From the NCBI GenBank assembly GCA_043228905.1, contig JBHGNT010000001.1, forward strand, positions 19,468,001 to 19,532,000: a stretch of 64,000 nucleotides of DNA, given 5' to 3'. The position numbers were made by a program, and so were the translations under genes. The DNA comes from Azolla caroliniana. Lineage: Eukaryota > Plantae > Polypodiophyta. Below the pieces are notes generated by a model. It had not been told where the DNA came from. It saw only the letters and a program-made list of their open reading frames with translations, and searched no databases. Positions 11,780 through 24,694 of this stretch are shown here, piece after piece (the first letter of the stretch is position 1; the number at the start of each line of letters is the position of its first letter).

Positions 11780-13125
11780 CCTAGATTTTCAACTAGAATC
11801 CAATGCAATGCACTAGATTCCAATTGAAATCCAAGATTTTTTTTTATTTTGTAACTTTTAAAATTTTTCCCATAAAAAAATAAAAAAGGATTTTCAGCTA
11901 AAATACGATCCACTACATGTATTTTAGTTTATACAACTAGAATCCAATGCAATGCATTGGATTAAAGTCAAAAATCCATTTTTCTATTTCCTTTTTTCAA
12001 TGTTATTTATTTATTTATTTATTATATTTTTTTCCCTATAAAAAATAATAATAAATGGCTTTTCAACTAAAATCTAATGCCATTCATCGGATTGTACTTT
12101 ATACAACTACACATCGATGCCGTGCATCAGATTTTAGGTGGCAATCCTTTTTCTTTTCAATTGTTTTTCATTTTTTCGACAAATGAAAGAAAAATATTGG
12201 ACTTTCAACGGAAATCCGATGCAGTGCATCGGATTTCCGTTGAAAATGATGGATTTTTCTTTCATTTTTTTCATTTATCATGTATTTTCAACTGAAATCC
12301 GATGCAGTGCATCCGATTTCCGTTGAAAATGCATTTTTTTTTCATTGTTTTATGAAAGAACTAAAAGAAATTTGGATTTTCAATTGAAATTCGATGCAAT
12401 GCATAAGATTTCAGTTGGAAATCCATTTTTTAAAATATTTTTATTTATTTGTCGAAAAAATGAAAATCCATTTTTTCAATTTTTATTTATTTATTTATGG
12501 GAAAAATACAAAAATATAAAAAAACATTTAAAAAAAAAGAAAATTCGGAAACAAATAAGAGAAAATGGACTTTCAATGGAAATCTGATGTAGTGCATTGG
12601 ATTTCTGTTGAAAATCCTTTTTTTCATTATTTATTTATTTATTTATTTATGGGAAAAATAAAAACATTTCAAAAACATACAAACAAAATTCAAAAATTAC
12701 AAAAATTTGGAAACAAATAAGAAAAAGTGCACTTTCAACTGAAATACGATGCACTGCATCCGATTTCCATTGAAAATCCATTTTTTCAATTTTCATTTAT
12801 TTATTTATGGAAAAATAAAAAAAAATTTAAAAATTGCGAAAAATAAGAAAATTCGGAAACAACTAAGAAAAAGTAGACTTTCAACTGAAATCCATTGCAG
12901 CGCATCAAAATTTGTTTTCAACTAAAATATAATGCAGTGTATCTCATTTTAGTCTATATATCTAGAATTCGATGCAATGCGTAATGTCTCAATTGAAAAT
13001 GCAAGAGTATTTTTTTAATGGAAAATTTTTTTAAATTGAAAGACTTACAACAGGAATTTGATGCATTACATCCAATTCTAGATGTATAGAGTTAAATTCA
13101 ATACAGTGCATCAGATCTAGATGGA
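11780..13125. repeat. Array of ~15 imperfect 43-bp palindromes with AT-rich spacers
   Basis: Best copy 12203-12245 TTTCAACGGAAATCCGATGCA-G-TGCATCGGATTTCCGTTGAAA is a perfect 21-bp-arm palindrome; degenerate copies throughout. Confidence 0.9.
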
Positions 13126-13745
13126 ATGAATCTCGTTTCTATTTGACATCAAAGGCTTACTATGAGAATCTACAAAAAACAAAAAACATCTTTACGACAT
13201 TTTTTAGATTCTAATGATTTTAGTAGAAGGTTTCTCTCACATAATCAAATATCATAAATAGAAAGTACGTAATTAAATATCATAACCAAAAAGTGAAGAA
13301 GAAAGAATGCATCAAGCACATCTACTCATACATTGGAGAATGTTTATATACTAGTGTTGTTGGCATAAAATGCCGACTCCTTCCAAGTTGTATCCATCCT
13401 AGTGTGAACTCGTCAATAAGTTAGGGCTTAGTATATAAGCGAATACCTAACATTGTATAGTGTGACAAGTGATAGAGAGACGAACTGTCTGTGCATTGTA
13501 TCTCAGAGAACGAAGCAATACAGCTTTCCATTAGAGCTTGCATTATGTAAGTCCACTCCGACTTTATTTTCTTCCTGTGTTGTTTGTTGTATAGAACCGA
13601 CAACAGATCCATACATGTTTCCGCAAATCGCACTTGTTACCGACAGCTAGTATCAGAGTAGAATCTTTGTTGTTCGGCGGCAACAGACAATAGAAGAAGC
13701 TAATAGAAAAGACCAGGTCAGAAATCTCAAATTCACAAAAAGAAT

Positions 13746-14471
13746 ATGGCTTCAACATCCAGAACAAGAGTTGAAATCAGAAAATTGGACGGCAAAAACT
13801 TTGCCTTGTGGAAGGAGATGATGCAGGATGTGTTGATCATTCAAAGACAGGTCGAAGCCATTCGGCACAACGAAAAACCTGCTTCAATGACAAGCGAGGA
13901 GTGGAGGTCAACGGACGAAATCGCACGCTCCACCATCCGAATGCATCTGGCCAAAAACGTCTATTTCAGCATGGCGAAAGAGACGATAGCATTCTCATTG
14001 TGGGAGAAGCTACAGGTCGTTTATGAAAAGAAGTCGTCATCTTCGAAATTGATTTTGATCAAACAACTGTTCAACATGAAGATGAGAGAGACTGATCCGG
14101 CAACCTCCCACATCAACTCCTTCAGCCGAGTGTTGTCTGAGCTCTCGTCAAAAGGGATCAACTTCGAAGAAGAAGTGAAAGCCCTTGCCCTCCTATCGAG
14201 CTTGCCGGCGAGTTGGGAGGTATTCTACACAACATACACCAATAGCCGACCGATCCTAAACTTGGACGAAACAATCGGCCAAGTCCTCACAGAGGATATC
14301 AAGCGAAAATTGATGGGACTAACCATCGATGAGTCAACAAAAGCCCATCACTCAACCGAGTCGTTCGACCGACAGAGTCGAACCAAAGAACAAGCCGACA
14401 AAACCGGTCGACGCTACAACCGATCGAAAACAAGGGGAGACCAACATTGGTCGAAGTCGAAAATGGGTTGA
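13746..14471 (+). pseudogene. Copia gag (UBN2-type) of element C
   Basis: KLDGKNFALWK, LWEKLQVVYE, ALALLSSLPASWE; ends before a disrupted zinc knuckle. Confidence 0.8.
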
Positions 14472-15310
14472 TCAAGCGAGTACTGCACATACTACAAAAA
14501 AGTTGGCCACAATGTTTCTGACTGTTGGTCATTAAAAATAAAAGAGAGTGGTCCGTGATCCAAGCGGAATCGGGGATGTTTCATCTCGGATCACTCTCCC
14601 GTTCTAGAGAAATCCTCTCCCTAGAGGACTCAATGATCGGAGAAGTCCTCTACAGTGCACAAGTTGCACACACTTGGCTACTAGACTCCGGCGCCACATT
14701 TCACGTGACCCTCAACATTGAACAGTTCTCAAACTATTCAGCCGACGCCAGCGGCACAGTCCAACTGGGAAACGGGTAGGAGTGCAAGATAGTCGAAACC
14801 AGGGAGGTTCCCATCAGATTGCCAAATGGCAACACAATAACCTTGCACTGAGTTCGGCATGTACCCAATCTAAAGAGGAGTCTGGTCTCTATCGACATGT
14901 TAGCCGAAGACGGGTATAGAATGACTCTACACGAGTCGACATGGGTGATCAGCCAAGGAAACCTCAAAATCGGTAGTGGGTACAAGTATAATAATCTATA
15001 CCCATTGATGGTGATCAACCCTGAAGGAGCCGTGAACGTAGCCGAGAAAACCGACCTGAATTTATGGTATGGTCGACTTGGCCACATGTCTCAAGCCGGA
15101 CTTGATCAGCTAATGTCGGTTGGCTAATCCCGAAACTCCAAGCAAAGACAAACTTCTTCCAGCATTGTCGATATGGGAAACAGACCCAAAGTCCGCACTC
15201 TCTCCACTACGAGATAGTACAACAGCCCCTAGAGCTCATGCACACAGACATATGTGGGCCCATGCTGGAGCGATCACTAGGAGGCTCCTGATACTTCATC
15301 ACATTCCTAG

Positions 15311-16754
15311 ATGACTGTACACGGAAAGTTTGGGCATACTCCATCAAATCCAAAGATGAAGTCCAAACAGTCAACCTACGATAGGCTCCGTATATTCGGA
15401 TGCGAAGCCTACGCATTCATCCCCAGGGAAAAAAGGACGAAGTTGGCACCCCATGCAACAAAGTGCATATTTCTCAGTTATGGAACCGATGGGGACTTCG
15501 GCTACCAGTTATGGCACCCTGAGAACCGGAAATTGATCCGGAGTAGCGACGTATTCTTCAATGAAGAATCCATCTTCTCTCAGCGAAACCAACAGAAAAC
15601 AGTTGGTAAGAAGGTATCCTTCGAAGATGACAACACTGTCGTAGAAGGACCAACCCATCGGGCCAAATCGGAGACTCGACAAACAGTCAAACTCCAACAA
15701 GCTGATAACTTCCCTGCCGACACCGAATCGGCAACAAGTCCTATCGTCGAACTCAAAGATAAAGTCATCAAAGACACAGACGAATCAACAAGGATTGATA
15801 AAGGCAAAGTCACCAAGAGACAAGTCAAGAAAGAGTCGACGACAACCACAGGGGAGGATAACCCGACACCGTCAAAATCCCAATCTAGGGACGGGACACC
15901 TAACAAGACTCCTAATACAGATGGTTCAACTAATATCGATCGACCAACAAAGCTGATAGAAGGTTCCGAACCAAACATCTCGGCACACAGGAGATCTAGA
16001 CAAGCTCAAAGGCAAACAGAGTTCTACCAACCGGGCCTCGACTACGTCAACAACATCGATGCAGGTGAACCAAGCACCTATGAAGAAGCTATGGCTGCAC
16101 TGGATGCCGAAACATGGCTACAAGCCATGAAATCCGAAATGGACTCAATTCATCAGAATCAGACATGGGAGTTGGTCGAACTACCAGCTAAAAGGAAGCC
16201 GCTACCCTGCAAATGGGTTTTCCGATACAAGTATGTATCTAACTCAGAGAAACCCAAGTACAAAGCTCAACTTGTCTCGAAAGGATTCAAACAGGAACAT
16301 GGGGTCGACTACGACGACATATTCTCACCAGTAGTCAAGATGACCACCCTCCGACCCCTACTAGGAGTCAGGGCGACAAAAGATCTAGAGCTCGAGCAGA
16401 TGGACGTAAAGACGACATTTCTACACAGAGATCTAGAAGAAGACATATACATGTCCCAACCGGTAGGCTTCACGGCGATGGGGGAGGACAATCACCTCGT
16501 ATGTCGACTAAAGAAAAGTCTATATGGCCTAAAAGAAGCGTCGAGAATGTGGTACCAGAAGTTTGACTCCTACATACGGCAACTTGGATACAACAGATCA
16601 GATTCCGACCCATGCATCTATTTTTGGCAACTGGCCAATGGGTCCAAGATCTATTTGATCCTATACGTCGACGCCATGTTGATTGCAGGAAGCAATCAAG
16701 CAGAGATCAGTAAGCTGAAGCGAAGCCTTCATGCAAAGTTCGCGATGAAGGAAC
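15311..16754 (+). pseudogene. Integrase C-terminus, spacer and RT of element C
   Basis: LRIFGCEAYAFIP, KCIFLSY, EPSTYEEAM, CKWVF, QMDVKTTFL, LILYVDAML; interrupted by element D. Confidence 0.85.
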
Positions 16755-17045
16755 TGAAGAGAATATGCGGAATAATGCTCGCCCACAACCGAGTCTTCGA
16801 TTACTTCGTTGAGAATTACAAACACAGAAATGGGAATGTGGAGATAGATGCACGTATACACAAAAAACACTGAAAGAGAGTACATTGTATGTTTACGTGG
16901 AAAACCCTAAACAGGAAAAACCATAGGAGCCCACAAGCTCCAAACTATCACTATGTCTAAGAGGAATACAACAGGGGAACACAGAGGCAACAACCGCGTG
17001 CTCACAATCTTCACCTAGTGGCGGTTACAACATAGACACACTCTG

Positions 17046-17061
17046 TCTCTCTCTCTCTCAC

Positions 17062-17112
<51 letters not shown>
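17046..17112. repeat. (CT)n microsatellite in the 3' LTR of D
   Basis: Visible dinucleotide run; much shorter in the other LTR (~21926-21938). Confidence 0.9.
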
Positions 17113-17115
<3 letters not shown>

Positions 17116-20100
17116 CTCTACTATGCTCTGTACAGCAGTTACACCAATAACTCTATACAAAATAATGACAACACCATGATACTCTCAAGTTTGCCCTAGG
17201 TCGTATTTATACTAATATGAATTTCGGGCTATTTACAAATATAGCCCCAGTGGGCTCTCTAGAACATATTTACATATATGTCCCTTCATCCGGTGAGAGG
17301 TTCTCACCGGGTCTACAACATCTGGTTCTCACCGGGTCTTCCTTGCCAAGTACTCATCATCCGGTTCTCACCGGGCCTCCATCATCCCATCCAGTTGTAC
17401 CTCCGCGGGATGTGCTTCGTCCTGGAATGATACGTTGCGTTCTTCGCTAGGTGGATGGCACTTTGACTGTCGCAATAGAGCCAGTATTCCTCTTTCCGAA
17501 TCACTAGCTCTTCGATGAAGTCCTTCATCCATAGTATTTCCTTGTTGACTTCCACAGCCGCCATGTACTCCGCCTCCGTGGTTGACAACGCAACCGTCTT
17601 CCCCCTGCATATGCCATAACATATCCCGATGTTGATCGGCTGGTATCTGCATCAGCCGACATATCTGAATCAATGAAACTGTCAAGTTGGGGTTTACCGG
17701 AGCCAAATCAGAGACACATAGTTGAGGTGCCTTTCAAGTACTAGAGTATCCATTTTACCGCATTCCAGTGCTCCTTGCCGGGATTGCTCATAAACCGGCT
17801 CACCACTCTGACTGCATATCCGATATCCGGTCGGGTACACACCATTGCGTACATTAAGCTCCTGATGACAGAGGCATATGGTATCTTCATCATATCCACC
17901 TTCTTTGCCTTTGTCTTCGGGCTTTGCTTACTAGATAACCTGCAGTTTGCCGGGAGTGTCGATCCGACCGGTTTCGCATCTGACATGTTGAACCGTTGAA
18001 GCACCTTGGTCACATACTTCTCCTGTGACAGCCACAATTGCTTCTTTGACCGGTCCCAGATGATATGCATCCCCAATATCTATCTTGTCGGACCCAAGTC
18101 TTTCATTGAGAAGGTCCGGTTCAGAGCCTTCTTCAGCGTCCGTATCTTGACTTGGTCTCGTCCGACAATCAACATGTCGTCCACGTACAGGTGGAGTATC
18201 AGGAAGTCTCCACCTTCGAATTTCTTCACAAATACGCAGTGATCGGCCTGCGTCTTGTGGTACCCTTGATCGGTCATGAAGGAGTCGAACTTCTGATACC
18301 ATTGTTGGGTAGCCTGCTTCAAACCGTAGAGGCTCTCCTTCAACCGGCAAACCAGGTGCTCCTTCCCTTTCTTCACAAATCCCTTCGGTTGCTGCATGTA
18401 GATCTCCTCTTCGAGGTCGTCGTGGAGGAACGTCGTCTTCACGTCCAACTACTCTACCTCGAGGTCCATGCTTTCCGCTATGCTCAGCATCGTCCAGATG
18501 GAAGTCATCTTTACTACCAGGGCAAATATCTCGTCGAAGTCCATGCCCTTCTTCTGCTGGAACCCCTTCACCACGATCCTGGCTTTCCGGAGTGCCCCCA
18601 CTTATTCCGGAGTGCCCGCTTTCCTTTTGGCAACTCCACCAATTCATATGTGTGGATCTCATGCAGGGAATCCATCTCGTCCTGCATGGCACTCAACCAC
18701 TTGCGGCTATGGGTGTCATCCTTCGCTTCTTCGAAGCTTTTTGGCTCCCCCTCATCGGTCAGCAACATGCGTTTTGCATGCGGAAATCTCCGGGGGGCAC
18801 TTCTTTCCCGGAGAGGATATCTCCGTCCTCAGTTTTCGGTAACCGGCTCCTGTGTCTGTTCTTCATCCGAATCCGATTCGAGGTCTTGTCCGGTTCCGGT
18901 TTCAGCTTCCTCTCCTTCTTCTGCCGGTTTAGTATCCTCACTGTAACCGGCCGATTCTTCAAGTGTCAACCGGCTCCTAGCCGGGTAGGTCCGAATCTCA
19001 TCAAACCAATCCTTACCGGTCGACTCTGACTTCATTATCTTCTTCTCCGACTCCCAGTCGGCAAGGGCCTTGTCCTCCATGAAGATAATATCTCGACTAC
19101 AGAAAACCTTCTTGTCGACTGGATCCCACACTCAGTAGTCAAACTCATCATCGTTGTATCCGAGGAATATGCAAGGCCAGGACTTTGGGTCCAGCTCTCC
19201 GGTCCTTTGCCACATGCACGTAAGCGAGACACCTGAACACCTTCAAATGCTGGTAAGACACATCCTTACCGGTTCATACTTTCTGTGGTGAGTCTCCGTC
19301 CAAGGGTATTGAGGGTGATCTGTTTATCACATACGTCATTGTCGACAACACCTCAGCCCAAAACGTCTTGAGTAACTTATCATGAGCAAGCATACTTCGG
19401 ACCCTCTCCATTATGGTCCGATTCATCCTCTCGGCCAGCCCGCTTAGTTCTGGCATCTTTGGCACGGTAAATTCAAGCGGCAATACTCCTCAAATTTCCC
19501 CCAGTACTCTCCTCCGTTATCTGCTCGAACCGCCTTCAGTTTCTAGCCGATTTCTCTTTCCACTCTTGCGTAGAACTCCTTGTAGACGGAAAACACATGA
19601 TCCTTCGTCTTCAGTTGTGTGGCCCACAGCTTCCAGCTGTGATCATCTAGGAACATCACGAAGTACTGCAATTCGGCATGTGACTTCGTGTCCACTTGAC
19701 ACACATCGGTATGCACTAGCTCTAGTGGTGCATTACGCCTCATCGGTGGCCTTGATCGGAAGGAGGTCTGGTTCTGCTTACCGGTCAGGCAGTCAGTGCA
19801 CTTCTCAAAATGCACATCTTTCACCAGAATGAGGTTGTCATCGGCAAGCCGCTTCATCCCCTTCTCGCTCATGTGACACAGTCTCTTGTGCCACAGCTCA
19901 CCGGGAGTGTCAGATGCAACGTTCACTTATTCCCAGCATAACCAGGCATTCATTAAGTAGCCCGAGCCACTATTAGGCTCCCTTTGTTGAACTTCATGTC
20001 TCCGTTCCGGATGCTACCTGAGTAGCCTTCATCGTCTACCCGACCGGGTGATATTAGGTTCAGTCGAACCTCCGAAATGTCTCAAACATCCTTCAGCAGC

Positions 20101-20610
20101 AGCTTGCATTCGGTTGATGTCGTCAATAGCACATCTCCTATGCCTATAATTTGGCATGTCCCTTCATTCCCCATCCAGACACACCCGTGCTCACCGGTTG
20201 TGTAGGATGAGAAGCATTTCCGGTCCGGGGACAGGTGGAACGACGCTCCGGAATCGACAACCCACGTTGTCTCGTGACCGGCAAGGTTCAACTCACTCTC
20301 CTCGGTGATGAGCATCAACTCCTCTTCACTTGTCGCGATTGTCGTCGTTCCCTTCCGGTCCGGTCCCCTCCGGTCTTTATTGTTCCGGTCCGGTGACCAC
20401 TTCGAATCGGTACTGTCGGTTTCCATCTCTTTCCGGAAATGCCGACAATTCTTCTAGAAGTGCCCCGACTTCCCACAGTAGAAGCAAGTGGCCCTTCCCC
20501 TTGACTTTGACCGTGTCCCCGACTTTTCCCGGTTCTGGGGACTCCAGTTCCTTTGTCTTTCACGTTCCGATTCGGTAAGGAGCGCCTTGGAGTCGGAGCT
20601 CGTATCCTTG

Positions 20611-21030
20611 TGTTATTCTCTTAGCCGGACAAGGCCTAACACAAGGTGTCACGGAGACACTTCACCAAAGGGTGATTACGGCATAGGATTAAGATTCAAC
20701 GATTACACCGACTTACGTAGGTTACACGATTAGATTGCTTTGGTTAATTACACGCGTAAGATATAACAGCGATTACAGAACGGAAATCAAGACAGAAGTA
20801 TAAACAACATAAGCTCTACTAATTATCCGCTGCTATTACAATGGGGTCCGGGCCTTTAAATAGGTTTCCGGCCCGTAGTACAAAACGGTGCCTCTCGCAC
20901 CTATTCGGGATCCGTCCGGATCTGGAACGGCATACCGTTTCCAGTCCGTCCGTCCACACTATGCTCATTTACAACCATATCTAATTAATTCCTTCACTCC
21001 GTATTTTGGACTCCTTGCCGGCCGGTAACA
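20611..21030 (-). mobile_element. Solo LTR, same family as 1930-2371, inserted in gag of D
   Basis: TGTTA...TAACA; TSD CCTTG; shares GGCCTAACACAAGGTGTC...GACACTTCACCAAAGGGTG with the 1930 copy. Confidence 0.92.
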
Positions 21031-24000
21031 CCTTGTCTTTCCGACACGCCTCCTCATCTAGCAAGTTCGACTTGACTCTTGCTAGGGATAATTGTTTCCC
21101 TTCCAGCCTGGCATTGCCCAACGTGACAACTAACGTCTCCCAGCTATCTGGGAGGGAACCAAGCAGGAGCAGTGCTAGTACCTCATCGGCGAGAGGTACT
21201 TCCAACAATGTTGCCTGGTGAATCAGTCCCTGGAAGGCATTCATGTGCTCCACCATACTGGAGCCATCTTGATACCGGAGTCTTACTAGCTTCCGAAATA
21301 CCAAAACCCGATTAACAACATTTTTGTTCTGAAACATAATGCCGATCTTCTCCCAGAGCTCATGAGCCTTGGTCTTTTCATTGAAGTTGTTGTACAGACT
21401 CATGTTGATGAAGCACGTATGTATGTCGTCGTCTTCATTTGCATCACCTCCCACACTGTGGCATCGATCTTGTCCAGTTTCTTGTCCCCGAACTGAACCG
21501 GCAACCAAAGACCTTTGACCATGAGCATGTCCCTCATCTTCGACTTCCACACTGAGTAGTTGGAGCCGGTGAGCTTGAACATGCCGTCGAACGATTCTTC
21601 CATTTTCTGTTTTGTTCGCTCTGATACCAGTTTGAAGAGAATATGTGGAATAATGCTCACCCACAACCGAGTCTTCGATTACTTTGTTGAGAATTACAAA
21701 TACAGAAATGGGAATGTGGAGATAGATGCACGTATACACAAAAAACACTGAAAGAGAGTACACAGTATGTTTACGTGGAAAACCCTAAACGGGAAAAACC
21801 ACGGGAGCCCACAAGCTCCAAACTATCACTATGTCTAAGAGGAATACAACAGGGGAACACAAAGGCAACGATCTCGTGTTCATAATCTTTGCCTGGCGGC
21901 GGTTACAACAGAGACACACTCTGTCTCTCTCTCTCTCTTTCGCTCTACTACGCTCTGTACAGCATTTACACCAATAACTCTATACAAAATAATGACAACA
22001 CCATGATATTCTCAAGTTTGCCCTAGGTCATATTTATACTAATATGACTTTCGGGCTATTTACAAATATAGCCCTAGTGGGCTCTTTGGAACATATTTAC
22101 CTATATGTCCCTTCATCCGGTAAGAGGTTCTCACCGGGCCTGCAACATCCGGTTCTCACCGGGCCTCCATCATCCCATCCGGAGGGACCTAAATCCTAAC
22201 AGGACCTCAGACAAGCCAGACACATACTCGGCATGAGGATAGACCGAAATCGGACGACCAAAACTCTCCGACTCTCCCAGTCCGAATACATCCGCAAGGT
22301 GTTGAAGCGCTTCAACATGGAGAATGCGAAGCCATCACCAACACCGCTTCCGACGTCGATCGGAATATCAGACAGAGACTCTTCTTCGATGGACAAGAAG
22401 AAAGAACTTAATGGAAAGATACCCTACGCATCAGCAATAGGAAGTATCATGTACGCAATGGTGGCGACCCGACCTAGCCTATGTCGTAGGGGTGGTCAGT
22501 AGGTACATGTCAAACCCAGGAAAGAAGCATTGGGAGGTCGTCAAGCACATCCATAGGTATCTAAAAGGAACCCTGGATGCAAGGTTGACTTTCAGACTGA
22601 CAACCTCAGCCGAAGTCGAAGGCTACACCGATTCCGAATATGCTAGAAATGCAGATAATCGGAAATCGACATCAGGCTACATCTTCACCTATGGTGGCGG
22701 GGAGATATCATGGAGGTCGAAACTTCAAGAGTGCACGGCTCTATCTACCACAGAAGCTGAGTACATAGCAGCATCGGAAGCAGCGAAGGAAGCGATCTGG
22801 CTGCACCGACTGACTGCCGACTTCGGAACTGCAAGCCGAAACAACCAACTAGCACCGACCATCTATTGCGACTCACAGAGCGCAATACACCTCATCAACA
22901 ATACCTTCTATCATGCGAAGACAAAGCACATTGAGGTGCAGTATCATCATATCCGAGAGCTCGTAAACGAAAAGAAACTCGAAGTCGGAAAGATCCACAC
23001 CGAGGTGAACATCGTTGATTGCCTAACGAAGCCACTCCCAGATCTACGCTTCGGAGCACTAAGGACAAAAATGGGGCTACGATAAGTGACCGAGCAGAAG
23101 AAAGCCAAATGAGGAGTAGAAGGTAAGATATGATTGGAACAATAACGACACATCCTATACATCTGCCGACTCGGCTACATGCCAACCGACTTGTAACATA
23201 TAAACTTAGATCAATTTTGTAATCTAGGCTTACGGGGGAGATAACCCCAAATACTTGTACATGCAAGAAAGAGTAGTCCTTTTACGAGGGAGTTTGTTGG
23301 CATAAAAGGCCGACTCCTTCCAAGTTGTATCCGTCTAAGTGTGAACTCATCAATAAGTTAGGGCTTAGTATATAAGTGAATACCTAACATTGTATAGTGT
23401 GACAAGTGACAGAGAGATGAACTGTCTGTGCATTGTATCTCAAAGAACGAAGCAATAAAGCTTTCCATTAGAGCTTGCATTGTGTAAGTCCACGCCTACT
23501 TTATTTTCTGTCTACGTTGTTTGTTGTACAAAACCAACAACAGATCCATACACGTTTCCTCAAATCGCACTCGTTACCGACAAGTGTATGACTTATCTTT
23601 GTCCAAAATAAGTTATCTGCGACAGACCACAATGAAGATACTAAAAGAGGATCTCGAATGTGGCTTCAGACACAACACAAAGACAAACAAGAAGCATGAC
23701 TCATAACCTCGATGAGATTGGATTGCAATTGGATGAAGACAATGCATTAGTTGACATTGATGATGAGGATGAGACCTCATTAACTCTTACTAGTTCATCT
23801 AATGGGTATGAAGATGATGGCATAAACTTGGAAAACGATTGTCCTGATACGTTAACTGTAAATATTGTATTGTACATCAAGATTTGGATTCAGGAATTTC
23901 TATAAATATTGGTGTTAGTCATTGTGGACATTCATTTGTAAGTTTGGCATGTCCATTATTTAGGCCTTTTTTTTAACACCTAAATTTTCGTACATGCTAG

Positions 24001-24140
24001 ATATCAATATATTTTTGGGTCATTTTTTAAATCCTTTACGCATGCGGCACCCCTTTTTTTGAATCTCCCTAATTTGTGTCATTTTTTTATGGATAGTTCT
24101 CAAAATGCGACATATTACCTGTTTCAAATGTCCCGGTGTT

Positions 24141-24694
24141 GTTTGAGAATTAGGCGTGTGTTGTACGGACCACGTAAATGGTATTTGCAAGGGCCAAATA
24201 CCAGTGAAGGAATTATCAATAATTCCTTGTTGATCACTAAACAACATGTCCCACCATGAGGTATCTTGTGGTCCAGCATACTTCTTTGCATTATCAATGT
24301 GCTTCCTTTTGTCCTGTAAGGCTTGCATCCAAAAGTTCCTTTGTTCATCTAACAAGTCATTGTACATTTCCTTTTTAGTCTCAATCGGCATTTGTTTTGC
24401 ACCATGAACAATAGTTATAGATGGCATATGAAGCAAGAATTGGCAACCGCCTTCTGGCTCCCACTGTGGGGAAGATGAATATTGTTTTGCATTCAATAGT
24501 GTACAACCACTTATATCACTTTTCTTTATCAAGAACACGTGATTGAAGCTAATATTGTTTAATTGGGCTAACACTTTCACATTCTCCTCCCCACCATCTG
24601 CTATGTATCTCTTAAAGTAGTATATCTCCTTTAAGGGGAGCATATTTGGACGTGGCGTATATGCATCACAAATCATATCAAATAACTTTGGTAA
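24141..24694 (-). pseudogene. DNA transposon D1 transposase, middle part (DUF7869-like)
   Basis: ICDAYTPRP..LKEIYYFKRYI..LNNISFNHVFLIKK..AKQYSSSPQWEP; family assignment from memory of similar plant proteins, not from a search. Confidence 0.6.

Larger units (their letters stand above)
16755..22201 (-). mobile_element. Ty1/copia element D nested in the RT of C; 5' LTR 21633-22201, truncated 3' LTR 16755-17392
   Basis: TSD GGAAC/GGACC; perfect tRNA-iMet PBS TGGTATCAGAGC at 21629-21618; gag, [21 protein letters not shown] and RH fragments on the minus strand. Confidence 0.92.
13358..23582 (+). mobile_element. Ty1/copia element C, 288-bp LTRs (13358-13645, 23295-23582)
   Basis: TSD AGTGT; degenerate tRNA-iMet PBS TAGTATCAGAG at ~13648; gag 13746-14471, protease WLLDSGATFH, IN remnant, RT to 16754 resuming at 22202, RNase H to 23085, PPT ~23286-23292. 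Confidence 0.93.
10217..24140 (+). mobile_element. Non-autonomous TIR DNA transposon D2 (37-bp TIR, 4-bp TSD), hosting nested LTR elements
   Basis: TIRs 10217-10253 and 24104-24140 match at 34/37; TSD GTTT on both sides; keeps the transposase C-terminal remnant (~13280-13357 plus 23588-23900). Confidence 0.85.

Noticed and set aside
11780-13125. CRISPR array
   Set aside because: Eukaryotic context, no cas genes, degenerate repeats, and spacers that vary from 0 to 150 bp and are mutually similar A/T tracts.
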